DNA of 64,000 nucleotides from Eledone cirrhosa (Eukaryota): assembly GCA_964016885.1 (NCBI GenBank), contig OZ024757.1, positions 4,526,001 to 4,590,000 on the forward strand, written 5' to 3'. Each line of letters opens with the position of its first letter. Position 1 is the first letter of the stretch. The position numbers were made by a program, and so were the translations under genes. The notes under the pieces were generated by a model. The model saw only the letters and a program-made list of their open reading frames with translations. It was not told the origin of the DNA and searched no databases. Of the stretch, positions 37,509 to 51,731 are shown piece after piece.

Positions 37509-38366
37509 ATAAAAACAAATAACGAAACGAAATTAAATTTCGTTTCGTTTGTAACTCACTTTTGTATGACTGACGCTTAAACAATTAAGTTAAAAATGTA
37601 TATCTACATATGCATACTGAAATACTAGTGTGTATATGAATACACACACGTATACATATGTAGGTGTACCAAGTCTTTCACTGGCTTTCTGGAGAATAGG
37701 GGAAGGTGTTCCCCCGAAAAACCGGTATGACTCTAAAAACCGGTTTGTCTGTGTGTTTACATACAGAATAGCTGGGCCGCTCACTGTAAAGCGACCAGTG
37801 AAAGACTTGGTACACCTACATATGTATACGTGTGTGTATTCATATACACACTAGTATTTCAGTATGCATATGTAGATGTACATTTTTAACTTAATTGTTT
37901 AAGCGTCAGTCATACAAAAGTGAGTTACAAACGAAACGAAATTTAATTTTGTTTCGTTATTTGTTTTTATCGTCTCCGCTGAACCGGTGCGTACTCACAC
38001 TCTATGCAAATTAGTCTGCCCACTACTAATTTTCATAGAAAAAGCATATAACGATATGTGCTTTTACAATTCTCCAGAAAGGCCGGTAGATAGGTAAATA
38101 TTGCTGATGAGTTGTAACAACAACGAAACTAGTTCAATATTCCTTGTCTGGCTTTCTGGAGAATAGGGGGAAGGTGTTCCCCCGAAAAACCAGTATGACT
38201 CTAAAAACCGGTTTGTCTGTGTGTTTACATACAGAATAGCTGGGCCGCTCACTGTAAAGCGACCAGTGAAAGACTTGGTACACCTACATATGTATACGTG
38301 TGTGTATTCATATACACACTAGTATTTCAGTATGCATATGTAGATGTACATTTTTAACTTAATTGT
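37509..38366. repeat. ~176 bp inverted repeat (37509-37684 / 37795-37970) plus ~220 bp direct repeat (37681-37898 / 38148-38366)
   Basis: Near-perfect complementarity and identity, read directly. Confidence 0.9.
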
Positions 38367-39001
<635 letters not shown>

Positions 39002-39002
<1 letters not shown>

Positions 39003-39315
39003 GGAAAGTTATATTTAAATTGTTGGGTTACAACTAGTAAATATTTATAACTGATATAAAAGCACTCAACAAGTATTTGGAGTATATTTACGATATTAAA
39101 TAAATGGAAACTATATTTATAAAACCATATTTATTTCATTATATATATTTCAGGGATATCATATTAACAATATGTTATGCCTTCCTCAGACAAAATACAA
39201 TATAGACAGTTTTATAGATAAATAGATTTGACATATTGTTAATATGATATCCCTGAAATATATATAATGAAATAAATATGGTTTTATAAATATAGTTTCC
39301 ATTTATTTAATATCG

Positions 39316-39317
<2 letters not shown>
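39002..39317 (-). mobile_element. Non-coding hammerhead unit with ~87 bp inverted repeat (39088-39174 / 39231-39317)
   Basis: Lies between (TA)n tracts and is homologous to 45178-45300. Confidence 0.7.
39132..39197 (-). ncRNA. Type I hammerhead ribozyme
   Basis: Minus strand reads tattttgt CTGAGGA agg cataacatatt gtt aatatg atatc cct GAAA tatata TA atgaaata. Confidence 0.72.
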
Positions 39318-39387
<70 letters not shown>

Positions 39388-39466
39388 CATATATATATAT
39401 ATATACACATATATATATATACATATATACATATATATACATATATATATATACACATATATATAT

Positions 39467-39511
<45 letters not shown>

Positions 39512-39870
39512 CATGTATACATATATATATATACATATATATATATACATATATATATATACATATATACATATACATATATACATATATATATATACAT
39601 ATATATATATACATATATATATATACATATATACATATATATATATACATATATATATATACATATATACATATATATATATACATATATATATATACAT
39701 ATATACATATATATATATACATATATATATATACATATATATATATACATATATATACATATATACATATATATATATACATATATATATATACATATAC
39801 ATATATACATACATATACATATATACATACATATATACATATATATATATACATATATATACATATATAC

Positions 39871-39914
<44 letters not shown>
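39318..39914. repeat. (TA)n/(TATACA)n tract
   Basis: Seen directly. Confidence 0.97.
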
Positions 39915-39915
<1 letters not shown>

Positions 39916-40172
39916 ACTTTGAAATGTTTTGGCCAGTATTGGCCCAGGCCATGTCTAACTTAATAGCACCACCTGGCGAAGTCTTTCAATTCAGGATTTG
40001 GGCACCATGGCCCATTCGAGAAGAGAATTACTGTTTGCGGAGACATATCCGGGTGTGGGTGGTTTGTCCGGGATTACTTGGAGGAATTTGTCCAAAGACT
40101 TCTTGAATTTTGTGTGGTCAGTTTCTGTTTTGACGTGTCCTGGTGTGATGTTGAAGAGAGCAGGGCCGATTG
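39915..40172 (-). mobile_element. 3' fragment of a non-RTE LINE (CR1-group-like)
   Basis: [27 protein letters not shown]...NSLL, then a stop and short tail, between (TA)n tracts. Confidence 0.6.
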
Positions 40173-40880
<708 letters not shown>

Positions 40881-43800
40881 AATTCAAATTCTCCGTTTTT
40901 CATATCTCATTTTAAATTATTATGTTATCTTTACTGGCGGTGGATTGGCAGTATCGGTAGAGAGTCGGACGCCATGCTTTCCAGCATAGTTACATCCCTT
41001 TACGATCTGAGTTCAAATCCCGCCGGGGTTGACTTTGCCTTTCATCCTTACGGGGTCGATAAAATAAAGTACCAGTAATGCACTGGGTAATTTCTGGCCT
41101 TGTGCCTAAAGTAGAAACAATTATGTTATCTTTACTTAAAACTAAACTTCTCCTAAAGTCACCCATAATTATTCTAGAACCTTCGCTCGCAAACTTTGTA
41201 AACACTCTGCTCGCTCTCTCACCCCCCCCCCCCCCCCCCCCGCCTGATCGCAAGTATAAAATAAATCTTGCTGGCTTCCAACGACAAAATTTATCTAACT
41301 AGTCTATGTTAAGGGCGAACTGTCGTTTTTGAGAATGAAAGCTAAACCTGTCTTTTCTTTGTTTCCGCAGTCTCCTCAATTAAGCAGTGTTTTTATCATC
41401 ATATTTACCACTCTAAAATTCAAATTCTCCGTTTTTCCCCTCTCATTTTAATTTATTATGTTATCTTTCCTAAAAACAAAACTTCTCCTAAAGTCACCCA
41501 TTTCCCGCCCTCCCACCCCCCACCATTGCTATATGGTCCAATCATAAGTCACCGGCTTTACTAAGTTCTCTAACAAATCAGTATAGCAAAGCTACCACCC
41601 CGGTTACTACTCCTTAAGTTTAAACCTGTTTGATGGGTTGACTGCAGAAATTTGAAAAGTTTAAGCACTCAATGACAATGTCACAGATAAAGATAAATTC
41701 ACTTCCCACACCCCTCCCTGCCCTCCAACCCGTCCATACCACCCTCCCAACTTCAGAGTTGGTACCATGAACATAGGCACATTGAAAGGTCGCTCAAATG
41801 AGGTTGTAGAGATGCTTGAACGTAAAGTTGATGTTTGTTGTATTCAAGAGACTAGGTGGAGAGGGGGGTCTGCCAGATTCATCGTGGGTAAAAAACGATG
41901 CTATAAACTTTTCTGGGTGGGAAATGACAACGGACTGGGTGGTGTAGGAATTATGTTAGCTGAAAAATGGGTAGATAAGGTAATTGACGTAAATAGAGTG
42001 AATGACAGAATAATTAAATTAAGACTAGTTCTAAATAGAACTACTGTGACAATAATATCTGCTTACGCCCCAATCTGGTTTACCTAACGTCATAAAGGAC
42101 AGGTTCTATGAGATGCTAATGCACACTACCTCCCAAATAACCGACAGTGACTACTTAATTATTGCTGGTGATCTAAACGGTCACGTTGGACAACATAGTG
42201 ATGTAATCCATGGAGGCTATGGGGTTGGAAATAGAAATGAGGAAGGCTTCAGAATCCTGGAATTCTGTGATGCAAATAGACCTCATAGTCAGGAATAGAC
42301 GTACTCGACGACAGAGGAGGCCTACCTTGAGGAGAAGAATATAGAAGTTGAAGGACCCCATAGCCAGTGACAAATTTAAAAGCTTATTACTTCATGCCTT
42401 TGACAATAAGGAAGAGCAATTAGAGACATGCAATATAGAGGAACAGTGGCAATTCTTGAAAGTGAACCTGCTGAAAGCAACAGATGAAATCTGTGGCTGG
42501 AGCAGACCTATTGGCAGGAGGAGAGTAACTTGGTGGTGGAACAGTAAGGTGGAAGAGACAATCAAGGCCAAAAAGCAGGCTTGGAAAGTATGGCAGGATG
42601 GGGGAAGTAGAGAGCACTATCAAGTGGCCAGGAGAGAAGCTAGGAGACAAGTACACCTTGCAAAAAGGAAAGCAGAGGATAGAAAGTTCAAGCATGTTCT
42701 GCAACGTGAGGACCAAAAACGTGAGGTGTTCAGGACTGCTAGACAATGTGTCAAGGAAAACCGTGATATTGTCGGGGAGAAGTGTGTCCATAATGATAAT
42801 GGTGTACTTGCGCTCAATGATACTGATAAGAAGATAGCCTGGAAGTGTCACTACGAGAGACTATTAAATGAGGAGAATAAGCGGGAAAAAGATAGTCTGC
42901 CCCAAATCGATCCAATAGAAGGACCAGCGGTGCAAGTTAAAGGTAGTATAATAAGTAAGGCAATCAAAGATATGAAGACAGGCAAGGCAACTGGGCCTTC
43001 GGAGATAGTTGCTGAGATGTTGAATGCATCTGGTATGATGGGAAACACTATGGTCACCCGTATAGTTAACCAAGTAATACAGAATGGGGTCATACCGAAA
43101 GACTGGCGTAGCAGCATCATCATTAACTGCTACAAGGGTAAAGGGGATGCTCTAGATAGGGGAAACTATAGAGGCATTAAGTTAGTTGACCAGGTCATGA
43201 AGGTCACAGAAAGAGTTATAGCGCAACTAATCAGAGAACGAATTGATCTAGATGAAATGCAGTTTGGGTTTGTGTCAGGTAAAAGTACCACAGGCGCTCT
43301 TTGCCTTGTACGACAACTACAAGAGAAGTACCTAGCTAAAAGTAAACCCCTCTACTTAGCTTTTATAGACCTGGAGAAAGCTTTTGACAGAGTCCCCCGC
43401 TCCATTATCTGGTGGGCTCTTAGAAAACTAGGTGTAGATGAATGGCTTGTGAGAGCTATACAAGTATGTATAATGAAACAGTCAGTAAGGTTAGAATTAA
43501 CAATGAATATTGTGAAGAATTTAGTGTAAAAGTTAGCGTTCAGCAAGGCTCTGTCCTTAGCCCCCTCTTATTTATTATTGCCCTTCATGCTATAACAGAG
43601 GAGTTCAAGACCGGCTGCCCATGGGAACTCCTATACGCAGATGATCTAACGCTCATAGTTGAATCAATGGCTGAACTAGAGAAGAAATTCGAAACATGGA
43701 AGCATGGCCAAGAATCAAAAGGCCTTAAACTTAACTTGTCTAAGACTAAAGTTCTAGTTTGTAGAAAGGAAAATAGGGCACAGGTGCCCTCAGGGAAATG

Positions 43801-44938
43801 GCCATGCTCAGTGTGTAGGAAAGGCATAGATAGAAACTCCATTTTATGTCCCAAATGCAAAGTATGGGTACATAAAAGATGTAGTGGGATCACAGGTAAA
43901 CTATCTAAGAACGTAGACTTTATATGTAGCCAATGCTCAGGTGCAATAAATAGCAAGTCTCCAAAGTATACTAGCTCCTTCCATTGCCCAGATGGTTCTA
44001 TAGAAATAGTAGATACTTTCCGTTACCTGGGTGACGAAATCAGCAGTGGTGGAGGGTGTTCTGAAAGTACAGTAGCCAGAGTCAGAACGGGATGGAAAAA
44101 GTTCAGAGAGCTTATACCACTGTTGGCCACAAAAGGTTTCTCTCTAAAAATGAAAGGCAGATTGTATGATGCCTGTATACGAACAGCAATGTTACATGGC
44201 AGTGAGACATGGGCATTACGTGCAGAGGATCTGCATAGACTGGAAAGGAACGAAGCATGCATGCTCCGTTGGATGTGTAATAGTAATATACGTGAATGGC
44301 AAAGCATAAATGAAATAAGTGAGAAATTATGAATAAGAGGGATCAGATGCTGTTTACTTGAGAGAAGATTATGTTGGTATGGTCACGTGATGCGCATGAA
44401 AGACGACAGCTGCATAAAAAAGTGCGGGGCGATCAAAATTGATGGTAGTTACGGAGTAGGTAGACCCAGAAAAACCCTCCGACCTCACACACCTACATCT
44501 CTCTAAGACAATGTCTCTGGACCGAGACCTTTGGCGCTACGCAGTAATACAGGAGACCCACCTTGCCTATGTACAAAGCGAAACCTACAGTCAGTAGGCA
44601 TTCTTAACCAAATATACACCCCAATCTACTATCCCTACCCTATCCTCCCACTCCCACCAAGAGCACGAGAAAATGAGATTGAGTTCGTGTAGGTGTCTCG
44701 ACAAAAAAAAACACACAGTCCATGCTGTAATGTGGCCGTGTAGGTAACACGGTAAAAAGTTCCCAGTTCCACACTGTAAATGTGGTTGGTGTTAGGAAGG
44801 GCATCTAGCCAGATAGTCCTATATGAGCGAGACACGGTCACCCGACCAGCCTTGCCTCAAGTGAGACAACTCCCATCTAACCCATGCTAGCATGGAAAAC
44901 GGACGTTAAACGAAGATGATAATGATGAGATGATGATA
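40881..44938 (+). mobile_element. Near full-length but decayed RTE-clade LINE (probable 5' UTR, APE from ~41755, RT, tail)
   Basis: RVGTMNIGTL, CCIQETRW, GVGIML, then RT in several frames. Internal deletion near 42278. The 5' boundary is uncertain. Confidence 0.88.
40936..41119 (+). mobile_element. tRNA-derived SINE family 2 with 17 bp target site duplication (TSD)
   Basis: B box GAGTTCAAATCC, body GCCTTTCATCC..GGGGTCGATAAAATAAAGTACCAG. ATTATGTTATCTTTACT occurs at 40919-40935 and 41120-41136. Confidence 0.88.
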
Positions 44939-44941
44939 TAT

Positions 44942-45036
44942 AGGAAGAGAATGATTTCACTTGTAGTTCTAAACAATTTAATTTTATAATATAAAATTAA
45001 ATTGTTTAGAACTACAAGTGAAATCATTCTCTTCCT
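44942..45036. repeat. 95 bp palindrome (47 bp arms, 1 nt centre)
   Basis: aggaagagaatgatttcac...attttata a tataaaat...gtgaaatcattctcttcct. Confidence 0.92.
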
Positions 45037-45201
45037 TTTTCAAATATACCTAACTGTACCAAGGATTTAACACATTTTCCAATATATATATATAGACCAA
45101 TAATAAAATTAGTAACCCCACTATCCGGGAGCTTCCAACCGACATGGTCGCATTCTTTAAGGGTATTTCAATATTTGTTTATAAAACTGATCTATATTAT
45201 A

Positions 45202-45262
45202 TTTTATCTGATGAAAGCGCACCATAATTTGCTTTGGTGTCCTTGAAATATGTATAATGAAA
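45202..45262 (+). ncRNA. Type I hammerhead ribozyme (same family as 39132-39197)
   Basis: ttttat CTGATGA aag cg cacca...tggtg tc ctt GAAA tatgta TA atgaaa. Confidence 0.72.
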
Positions 45263-45298
45263 TAAATATGGTTTTATAAATATAGTTTCTCTTTGTTA

Positions 45299-45340
<42 letters not shown>

Positions 45341-45563
45341 CATACACACACATATATCATATATATATATATATATATGAATTAAAGGTTAATTAGTCAC
45401 TAATATTTAAACATCTCAATGAGAGGAATCTCTCACAGAAGCAATATTATATATTATATTGAAGTGAGAAAAAACACTAATTATTGGAGTACAAACCAGA
45501 TAGACATAAACAATATTCCAGCTAAACTTGCTTATATATAGATCTCTGTACCATAGAATTAAA

Positions 45564-45645
45564 CTCCCCTGAAGACTATGGCAGATTCTCCAATTATTGG
45601 TGGTTCCAATAAGAATTCTTCACCATATGAAACCATAGTAGGGAG
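45564..45645 (+). ncRNA. Type I hammerhead ribozyme
   Basis: ctccc CTGAAGA c tatgg...ttattgg tggtt ccaataa...ccata t GAAA ccatag TA gggag. Confidence 0.8.
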
Positions 45646-45654
45646 ATATAAATA

Positions 45655-45829
45655 CAAGTAAAATTCTGTTATAACGAATACCATTATAAGTAATTTTTCA
45701 GTATAACAAAATCTTCTCAATCCCCGGCCACACACTTGATGTATTGGGTCAATCTTGTTATAAATAATTTTTTGTTACAACGGATTTCTTTTTATATACC
45801 GCAAATTTCGTTATATCAGAATTTCACTA
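45655..45829. mobile_element. Tc1/pogo-like MITE, degenerate
   Basis: Terminal inverted repeats aaattctgttataacgaa / ttcgttatatcagaattt, with TA flanks. Confidence 0.55.
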
Positions 45830-46580
45830 TATAAGTGAGGTTAGATAGAATAATTTGTCTATCTTGTTTGTATTCCCATAATTTTCTCACTTAAGAGTAC
45901 TGCAATCGCTTGTCAGATTATCGAGTTTGGTGCACTTTTAGTCTATGGCCAGCCACACAAACCTGTAACATATCCTGAACAAGCAATGCCTGTGCTTTGA
46001 AGGTTTTTTTAAGTGGGGGGAAAGGCCTTGCACTCGACCAATCCCACTCTCTAGCATCAAAAACACTACCCAAAAAGGAGAACTGGTCAACATTACCGTA
46101 TGCTTCTGAAGTCGCTGGGTTTTTTTTCTGGCGACCTTTCAATCTCAGGTTAAAAAAAAAAGTGCTATTTGGATGGCCATTGATTCTGCTGAGTTCCTCC
46201 ACCTTTTGCCGGGTCTTGTATTTGCGGGTTGTCCAAATATCACCCACCTCACCAAGTAAGCTTTGTGGGGTTGCCAGTTTAGTCGCCAATGACCCGACCA
46301 TGAGACAGGTTGTACTGGGTTACATGTTACTACTAGCACTCCAGAGCAACCTGACATATATATATACACACACACACACAGACTAACATTATAGCCATCA
46401 CAGGAAAGTATAAGTTGGCAAAGTGTAGCAGACATTTCCTAAGTGTTTTAGGTGTCCGTGCAGCAGTAAGCAAACATGGACATGTCCTTCACCCTACCTC
46501 TGTTGATCCAGTGAATTATCCCAGAAATAAGGGAATGGCGCCTCACCAGCATTGGACTGGGACTTTCTGTATTGACCCCT

Positions 46581-47168
46581 AAATAATTGTTTCTACTTTT
46601 GGCACAAGGCCAGCAATTACCCAGTGTATTACTGGTACATTATTTTATCGACCTCGTAAGGATGAAAGGCAAAGTTAACCTCGGCGGGATTTGAACTCAG
46701 AATGGCAAGGGCCGTAACTCTATGCGTCAAAGCATGGCGTCCGACCTTCTACCGATACTACCAATCCACCGAAATAATTGTTTCTACTTTTGGCACAAGG
46801 CCAGCAATTACCCAATACATTACTGGTACTTTATTTTATCGACCCCGTAAGGATGAAAGGCAAAGTTAACCTCGGCGGGATTTGAACTCAGACCGTAAAG
46901 GGACGTAACTATGCTGGAAAGCATGGCGTCCGACTCTCTACTGATACTGCCACCGAAATAATTGTTTCTACTTTTGGCACAAGGCCAGCAATTACCCAGT
47001 ACACTACTGGTACTTTATTTTATCGACCCCGTAAGGATGAAAGGCAAAGTTAACCTCGACGGGATTTGAACTCAAACCGTAAGGGGACGTAACTATGCTA
47101 GAAAGCATGGCGTCCAACCCTCTACTGATACTGCCAATTCACCGCCCTCATACTGCCACCGAAATAAT
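46581..47168 (-). mobile_element. Tandem trimer of SINE family 2
   Basis: aaataattgtttctacttttggcacaaggccag starts at 46581, 46772 and ~46957. Each unit is the reverse complement of 40936-41119. Confidence 0.9.
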
Positions 47169-47409
47169 GAAAGGTAAAATGGTGGGATTAAAACTGATAC
47201 CCAGAATATTTGAAACACTAACAATTCTGGCAAATCAACTGCATTTACACATACATACACATATGCATACACGTAAAACATTATACAACCACACCACAAC
47301 ACAAACCGTCATCTCTGCAGTGTTTAGAAATGGCAGCTAAATTCCCCTCAAATAACCACTTTATCATCTTTACAATAAATGTTGGTAATATGGAGATAAA
47401 ATATTTCAA

Positions 47410-47521
47410 TGTGACGGTCACGGAAGAGTTGTCTTCAGCATAGGTAACGTTCTATGTGATGGTCACGGTAGGGTTGTCTTCATCATAAGTAACGTTTTAT
47501 GTGATGGTCACGGAAGGGTTG
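47410..47521. repeat. 45 bp tandem repeat, ~2.5 copies
   Basis: tgtgaYggtcacgg at 47410, 47455 and 47500. Confidence 0.8.
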
Positions 47522-47647
47522 AATCTTAAGAGACGGTAACAAAAAAAAAAAACTACACTAAATTGTCTCCCCTAAAGCATTATCTCCCTTTAAATACGAG
47601 TTATCTCCCCTATCAGTCGAAATTTATGATAATACTTTACATGACGA

Positions 47648-47955
47648 GGCGTCGAGTTTACAGTCGTTAGAACGTTTGACAGATGTTTTATGGTTCCGGC
47701 TCGCTGATCTCCGGGTTCAAATACCGCTGAGGTCAGCTTTGTCTTTCATCCTTTCGAGGTCGATAAAAAAAGTACCGGTCAAGTACTGGAGTCAATTCTT
47801 CCTCTATATCTCTTTCACACTTCATCTATCTCTCTCTGGAAGAAATCTACTGTACTCTGACCTGAAGAGAAGATGGGTTCCGCCAGGTTTTAAAAAGCCC
47901 TAGAAACACTGTATATCAATATGGCTGCCCCTACGACCCAGGAGTTACGGGACCC
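47648..47955 (+). mobile_element. SINE family 2 head fused to a ~155 bp extension with a hammerhead-like motif
   Basis: SINE body, then ...gac CTGAAGA ...gggtt...aagccc ta GAAA cactg TA. A diverged copy lies at 51732-52051. Confidence 0.6.
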
Positions 47956-48087
47956 TACATACATACTACATCATATCCACTTCTGCTGCTTCTTCATCCA
48001 CTTATACCTGGGAGGGTCATGGTGGCACATTCCCCAGACATGCCTACCAGAGATACACCTGGGTCTTGACTACCCCCTCCTCCTCTG

Positions 48088-49208
48088 CTAATCTAGTAAC
48101 CTCACAATTGCGAAACAATGTCTCTCACCATTAAACCACCCACCTAATTTAGTAACCTCACAATTGTGAAACAATGTCTCTCACCATTAAACCACCCACC
48201 TAATTTAGTAACCTCACAATTGTGAACTAATGTCTCTTACCATTAAACCACCCTCCTAATTTAGTAACCTCACAATTGTGAACTAATGTCTCTCACCATT
48301 AAACCACCCACCTAATTTAGTAACCTCACAATTGTGAACTAATGTCTCTCACCATTAAACCACCCACCTAATTTAGTAACCTCACAATTGTGAACCAATG
48401 TCTCTCACCATTAAACCACCCACCTAATTTAGTAAGCTCACAATTGCGAAACAATGTCTCTCACCATTAAACCACCCACCTAATCTAGTAACCTCACAAT
48501 TGTGAACTAATGTCTCTCACCATTAAACCACCCACCTAATTTAGTAACCTCACAATTGTGAACTAATGTCTCTTACCATTAAACCACCCACCTAATTTAG
48601 TAACCTCACAATTGTGAACTAATGTCTCTCACCATTAAACCACTCACCTAATTTAGTAACCTCACAATTGTGAACTAATGTCTCTCACCATTAAACCACC
48701 CACCTAATTTAGTAACCTCACAATTGTGAAACAATGTCTCTCACCATTAAACCACCCACCTAATTTAGTAACCTCACAATTGTGAACTAATGTCTCTCAC
48801 CATTAAACCACTCACCTAATTTAGTAACCTCACAATTGTGAACTAATGTCTCTCACCATTAAACCACCCACCTAATTTAGTAACCTCACAATTGTGAACT
48901 AATGTCTCTCACCATTAAACCACTCACCTAATTTAGTAACCTCACAATTGTGAACTAATGTCTCTCACCATTAAACCACCCACCTAATTTAGTAACCTCA
49001 CAATTGTGAACTAATGTCTCTCACCATTAAACCACCCACCTAATTTAGTAACCTCACAATTGTGAACTAATGTCTCTCACCATTAAACCACCCACCTAAT
49101 TTAGTAACCTCACAATTGTGAACTAATGTCTCTCACCATTAAACCACCCACCTAATTTAGTAACCTCACAATTGTGAACCAATGTCTCTCACCATTAAAT
49201 CACACACC
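48088..49208. repeat. Satellite C: 56 bp unit x ~20
   Basis: CTAATTTAGTAACCTCACAATTGTGAACTAATGTCTCTCACCATTAAACCACCCAC. Confidence 0.97.
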
Positions 49209-49534
49209 TCTATACAGTCACCGTAATATTGTATTATTACAGTCACAGTAAAATATCTTTAAACTACTCTTAGGTACCAAATAATAGGGGTGAGGTGGAA
49301 TAAGCAGTTGGGGAGTTGATAAAAGTGCTGGGGTGAGTTAGAAAATCAATAACTTTTCTAGTTTGTCTCCTTTGATTTTCCAAAATTCACAGCTAAAGGC
49401 TTTCAAATGTTTATTGATAATCATACAATATATCACTAGGCATACAAATACACATATTTATACAGGTAGGGAACACCTTAATTATATTATTTATTATAAT
49501 TTTATATTGTGAGGATGTTGATTAATAGACATAC

Positions 49535-49603
49535 CTCCTTTGTTGAGGCCACACAGAACTGGGCATGGCTCCCTTGGTTGTGCGCTCCCACAACTCCCCA
49601 CAC
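49535..49603 (-). CDS. RTN4IP1: RTN4IP1-like exon (69 bp): VWGVVGAHNQGSHAQFCVASTKE
   Basis: Acceptor gtttgtgtttgctgtag and donor gtatgt, phase 0/0. Same length and register as human [23 protein letters not shown] (recalled). Confidence 0.88.
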
Positions 49604-50621
49604 CTACAGCAAACACAAACAATATAAAACTTTTTAAATAACTCAAATTTTAAAATAAAATTTAGTAAGAAAAAAAAAGGGAGGGGGTAATCAAAAGGAA
49701 AGAAAGAATAGGGAAATATAGAAAAAAAAAGAGAAAGAAAGAAAAAGAACAGGAAGGGAAGGTGGCAGGAGCTCTGGTGTCACAGAAGAGAGGGGAGGGT
49801 GAAGGGGAGGGTGATTGGGCTTTGGGTCTAGGGCATGAGGGCAGAAGTGCTGACAAGACCAGACAGAGTCATTTATCTTACTGATTAATGATGTGTGAAC
49901 TCTGAGTAATGAGTGAGAAAACAACCAAAGCTATGTCGGACCTATTCAATAGCTTCATTCACATATATATATCTATGGCTCTGTCTAGTTTATGTATATG
50001 TAAATCTATATATTTTATTTACTCCCGTATGGTTGAGTAAAAATTTAGGCAATATTCGGCTGTGCCTTCTAGCAACCAGCCTACTCGCCGCCATCAGGCA
50101 CCAATCACAAGCCTTCTGACTTGACCACTGGCCATGTGACAATTCTTAGTCATTTTGAATTCGGTTCTGGCGGGGATCATTTCAGAAAAATCTTTGTCCA
50201 ATTGAGTTTGTTTTCTGATGATTTTGAAACTCGTGAATTTATCCATAATCGGATATTTCCAAAAAGCGAATGAAACCTCATGGGGTAGAAACATAATTTT
50301 GGTATGTTTATGTACATTTTTTCTTCTAACTTTGATTTTGTACCTAATTATGTATGGTTGGCTATATGTCTGATCAATTTCTATGGGCTATTAGAAATAC
50401 TGGGTAAATCTTGTGGCTGTTGATCGCGGATAAAATAGCTATCATTTATTTATCTATTGTTTCTTCATAGGCACATTTAAAACTTAGAGCCTCGTTTAAT
50501 TGATTTTTTGTGTGGTTAATTATGCTGATTGGGAGGAGAAATACTGTATATATTTTATCAAATGATTCTATGGACTTACTTTCTTATATATATATATATA
50601 TACACATATATTTATTTATAT

Positions 50622-50868
50622 ATCATCATCATCACCGTTTAAAGTCCATTTTTCCATGTTAGCATGAGTTAGATGAGTTATGCCGCTGTGAGACAACTCA
50701 GATCAGATGACCGCGTTTTGCTGATACAGAACTGTTTCTGGCTTGGTTTCTATAGTTAGATGTCCTTTTCAACACCAACCACTTTACAATGAGTACTGGG
50801 TACCTTTTGTTGTGACACCTACATGACCACTTTACAGTGAGTACAGTGTGGGCTGGGTGCTTTTTGCC
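50622..50868 (-). mobile_element. Old RTE 3' UTR/tail fragment
   Basis: Similar to 24085-24320. Confidence 0.75.
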
Positions 50869-50869
50869 A

Positions 50870-50914
<45 letters not shown>

Positions 50915-50952
50915 CTAGCAGAAAAACCACCCTATGGGTGGTTTTCTGCTAG
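50915..50952 (-). mobile_element. Hairpin ending in CTAG, possible Helitron 3' terminus
   Basis: ctagcagaaaaaccaccc tat gggtggttttctgctag. The minus strand ends CTAG|T. Confidence 0.4.
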
Positions 50953-51515
50953 CATGTGTAGTGTGTATGTTGATATTATACACAAATATATATGCATGTA
51001 GATATGATACATCAAATAAAATAGTAATTGACAATATACACAGAAATTGAACGAAGTCTATGTTACACTGTCTTCTGTAATCAGTAACGTAATCCAAAGA
51101 CGATATTATATATAAACTGCATTAGGAGAAAATTATCGACGGCAATATATGCAATATTTTTATAAGTGTTATAATATAACGGCCGCTAACCGGAAGTGTC
51201 TACATTTGAAAATCTTTAAGAAGTGAATCTTTAAATAAGCTATAAAATATATTTAATCAACAGCCACAAAATTTAGCACATAAATTATGTAATATTCATT
51301 CATTATTTATTCAAAGTAATCCAACTTATTTTACAAACGGGGTAAAAAAATATATTCTGGACGCAATCCCGCACTCCTTTCTTTAATATAGTTTATATAT
51401 ATATATATATATGTATATATATGAGAAAGAGAGAGAGAGAGATGATGATGATGATGTTTATAATGGTGAGTATGAAGATGATGATGATTGAAGGAATATA
51501 TTAAAAAACACAAAC

Positions 51516-51670
51516 CTCGTCACCTGGCTGGAATTTCTTTACCTTCTTTCCAACAGACACAACTGTTCCTGAAAAGTCTCGTCCCAGGATGAGAGGAAAT
51601 TCAGAGCCAACAAAATGTTTGCTGCCAAGCTGCCATCGTATCAAGTTAATCAATTTTTCACCATAACCAT
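51516..51670 (-). CDS. RTN4IP1: RTN4IP1-like exon (155 bp): GYGEKLINLIRWQLGSKHFVGSEFPLILGRDFSGTVVSVGKKVKKFQPGDE
   Basis: Acceptor tttccttggcag and donor gtttgt. FPLILGRDFSG..VG..V..F.PGDE is the MDR GroES-like domain motif. Confidence 0.95.
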
Positions 51671-51731
51671 CTGCCAAGGAAATTTAAACCAATATTATTT
51701 ATCTATTTAAACGTCCGTATAGAACTAGTAA

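Noticed and set aside
45918-46435. ORFs of 96-129 aa
   Set aside because: No recognisable domain or splice pattern. Left unassigned.
50094-50294. 66 aa ORF in an intron
   Set aside because: Short, with no recognisable motif. It may be a transposon remnant but I cannot support that.
51045-51120. Hammerhead-like spacing (ttgaacga..gtct..agac gata)
   Set aside because: Both core segments deviate and there is no stem I.
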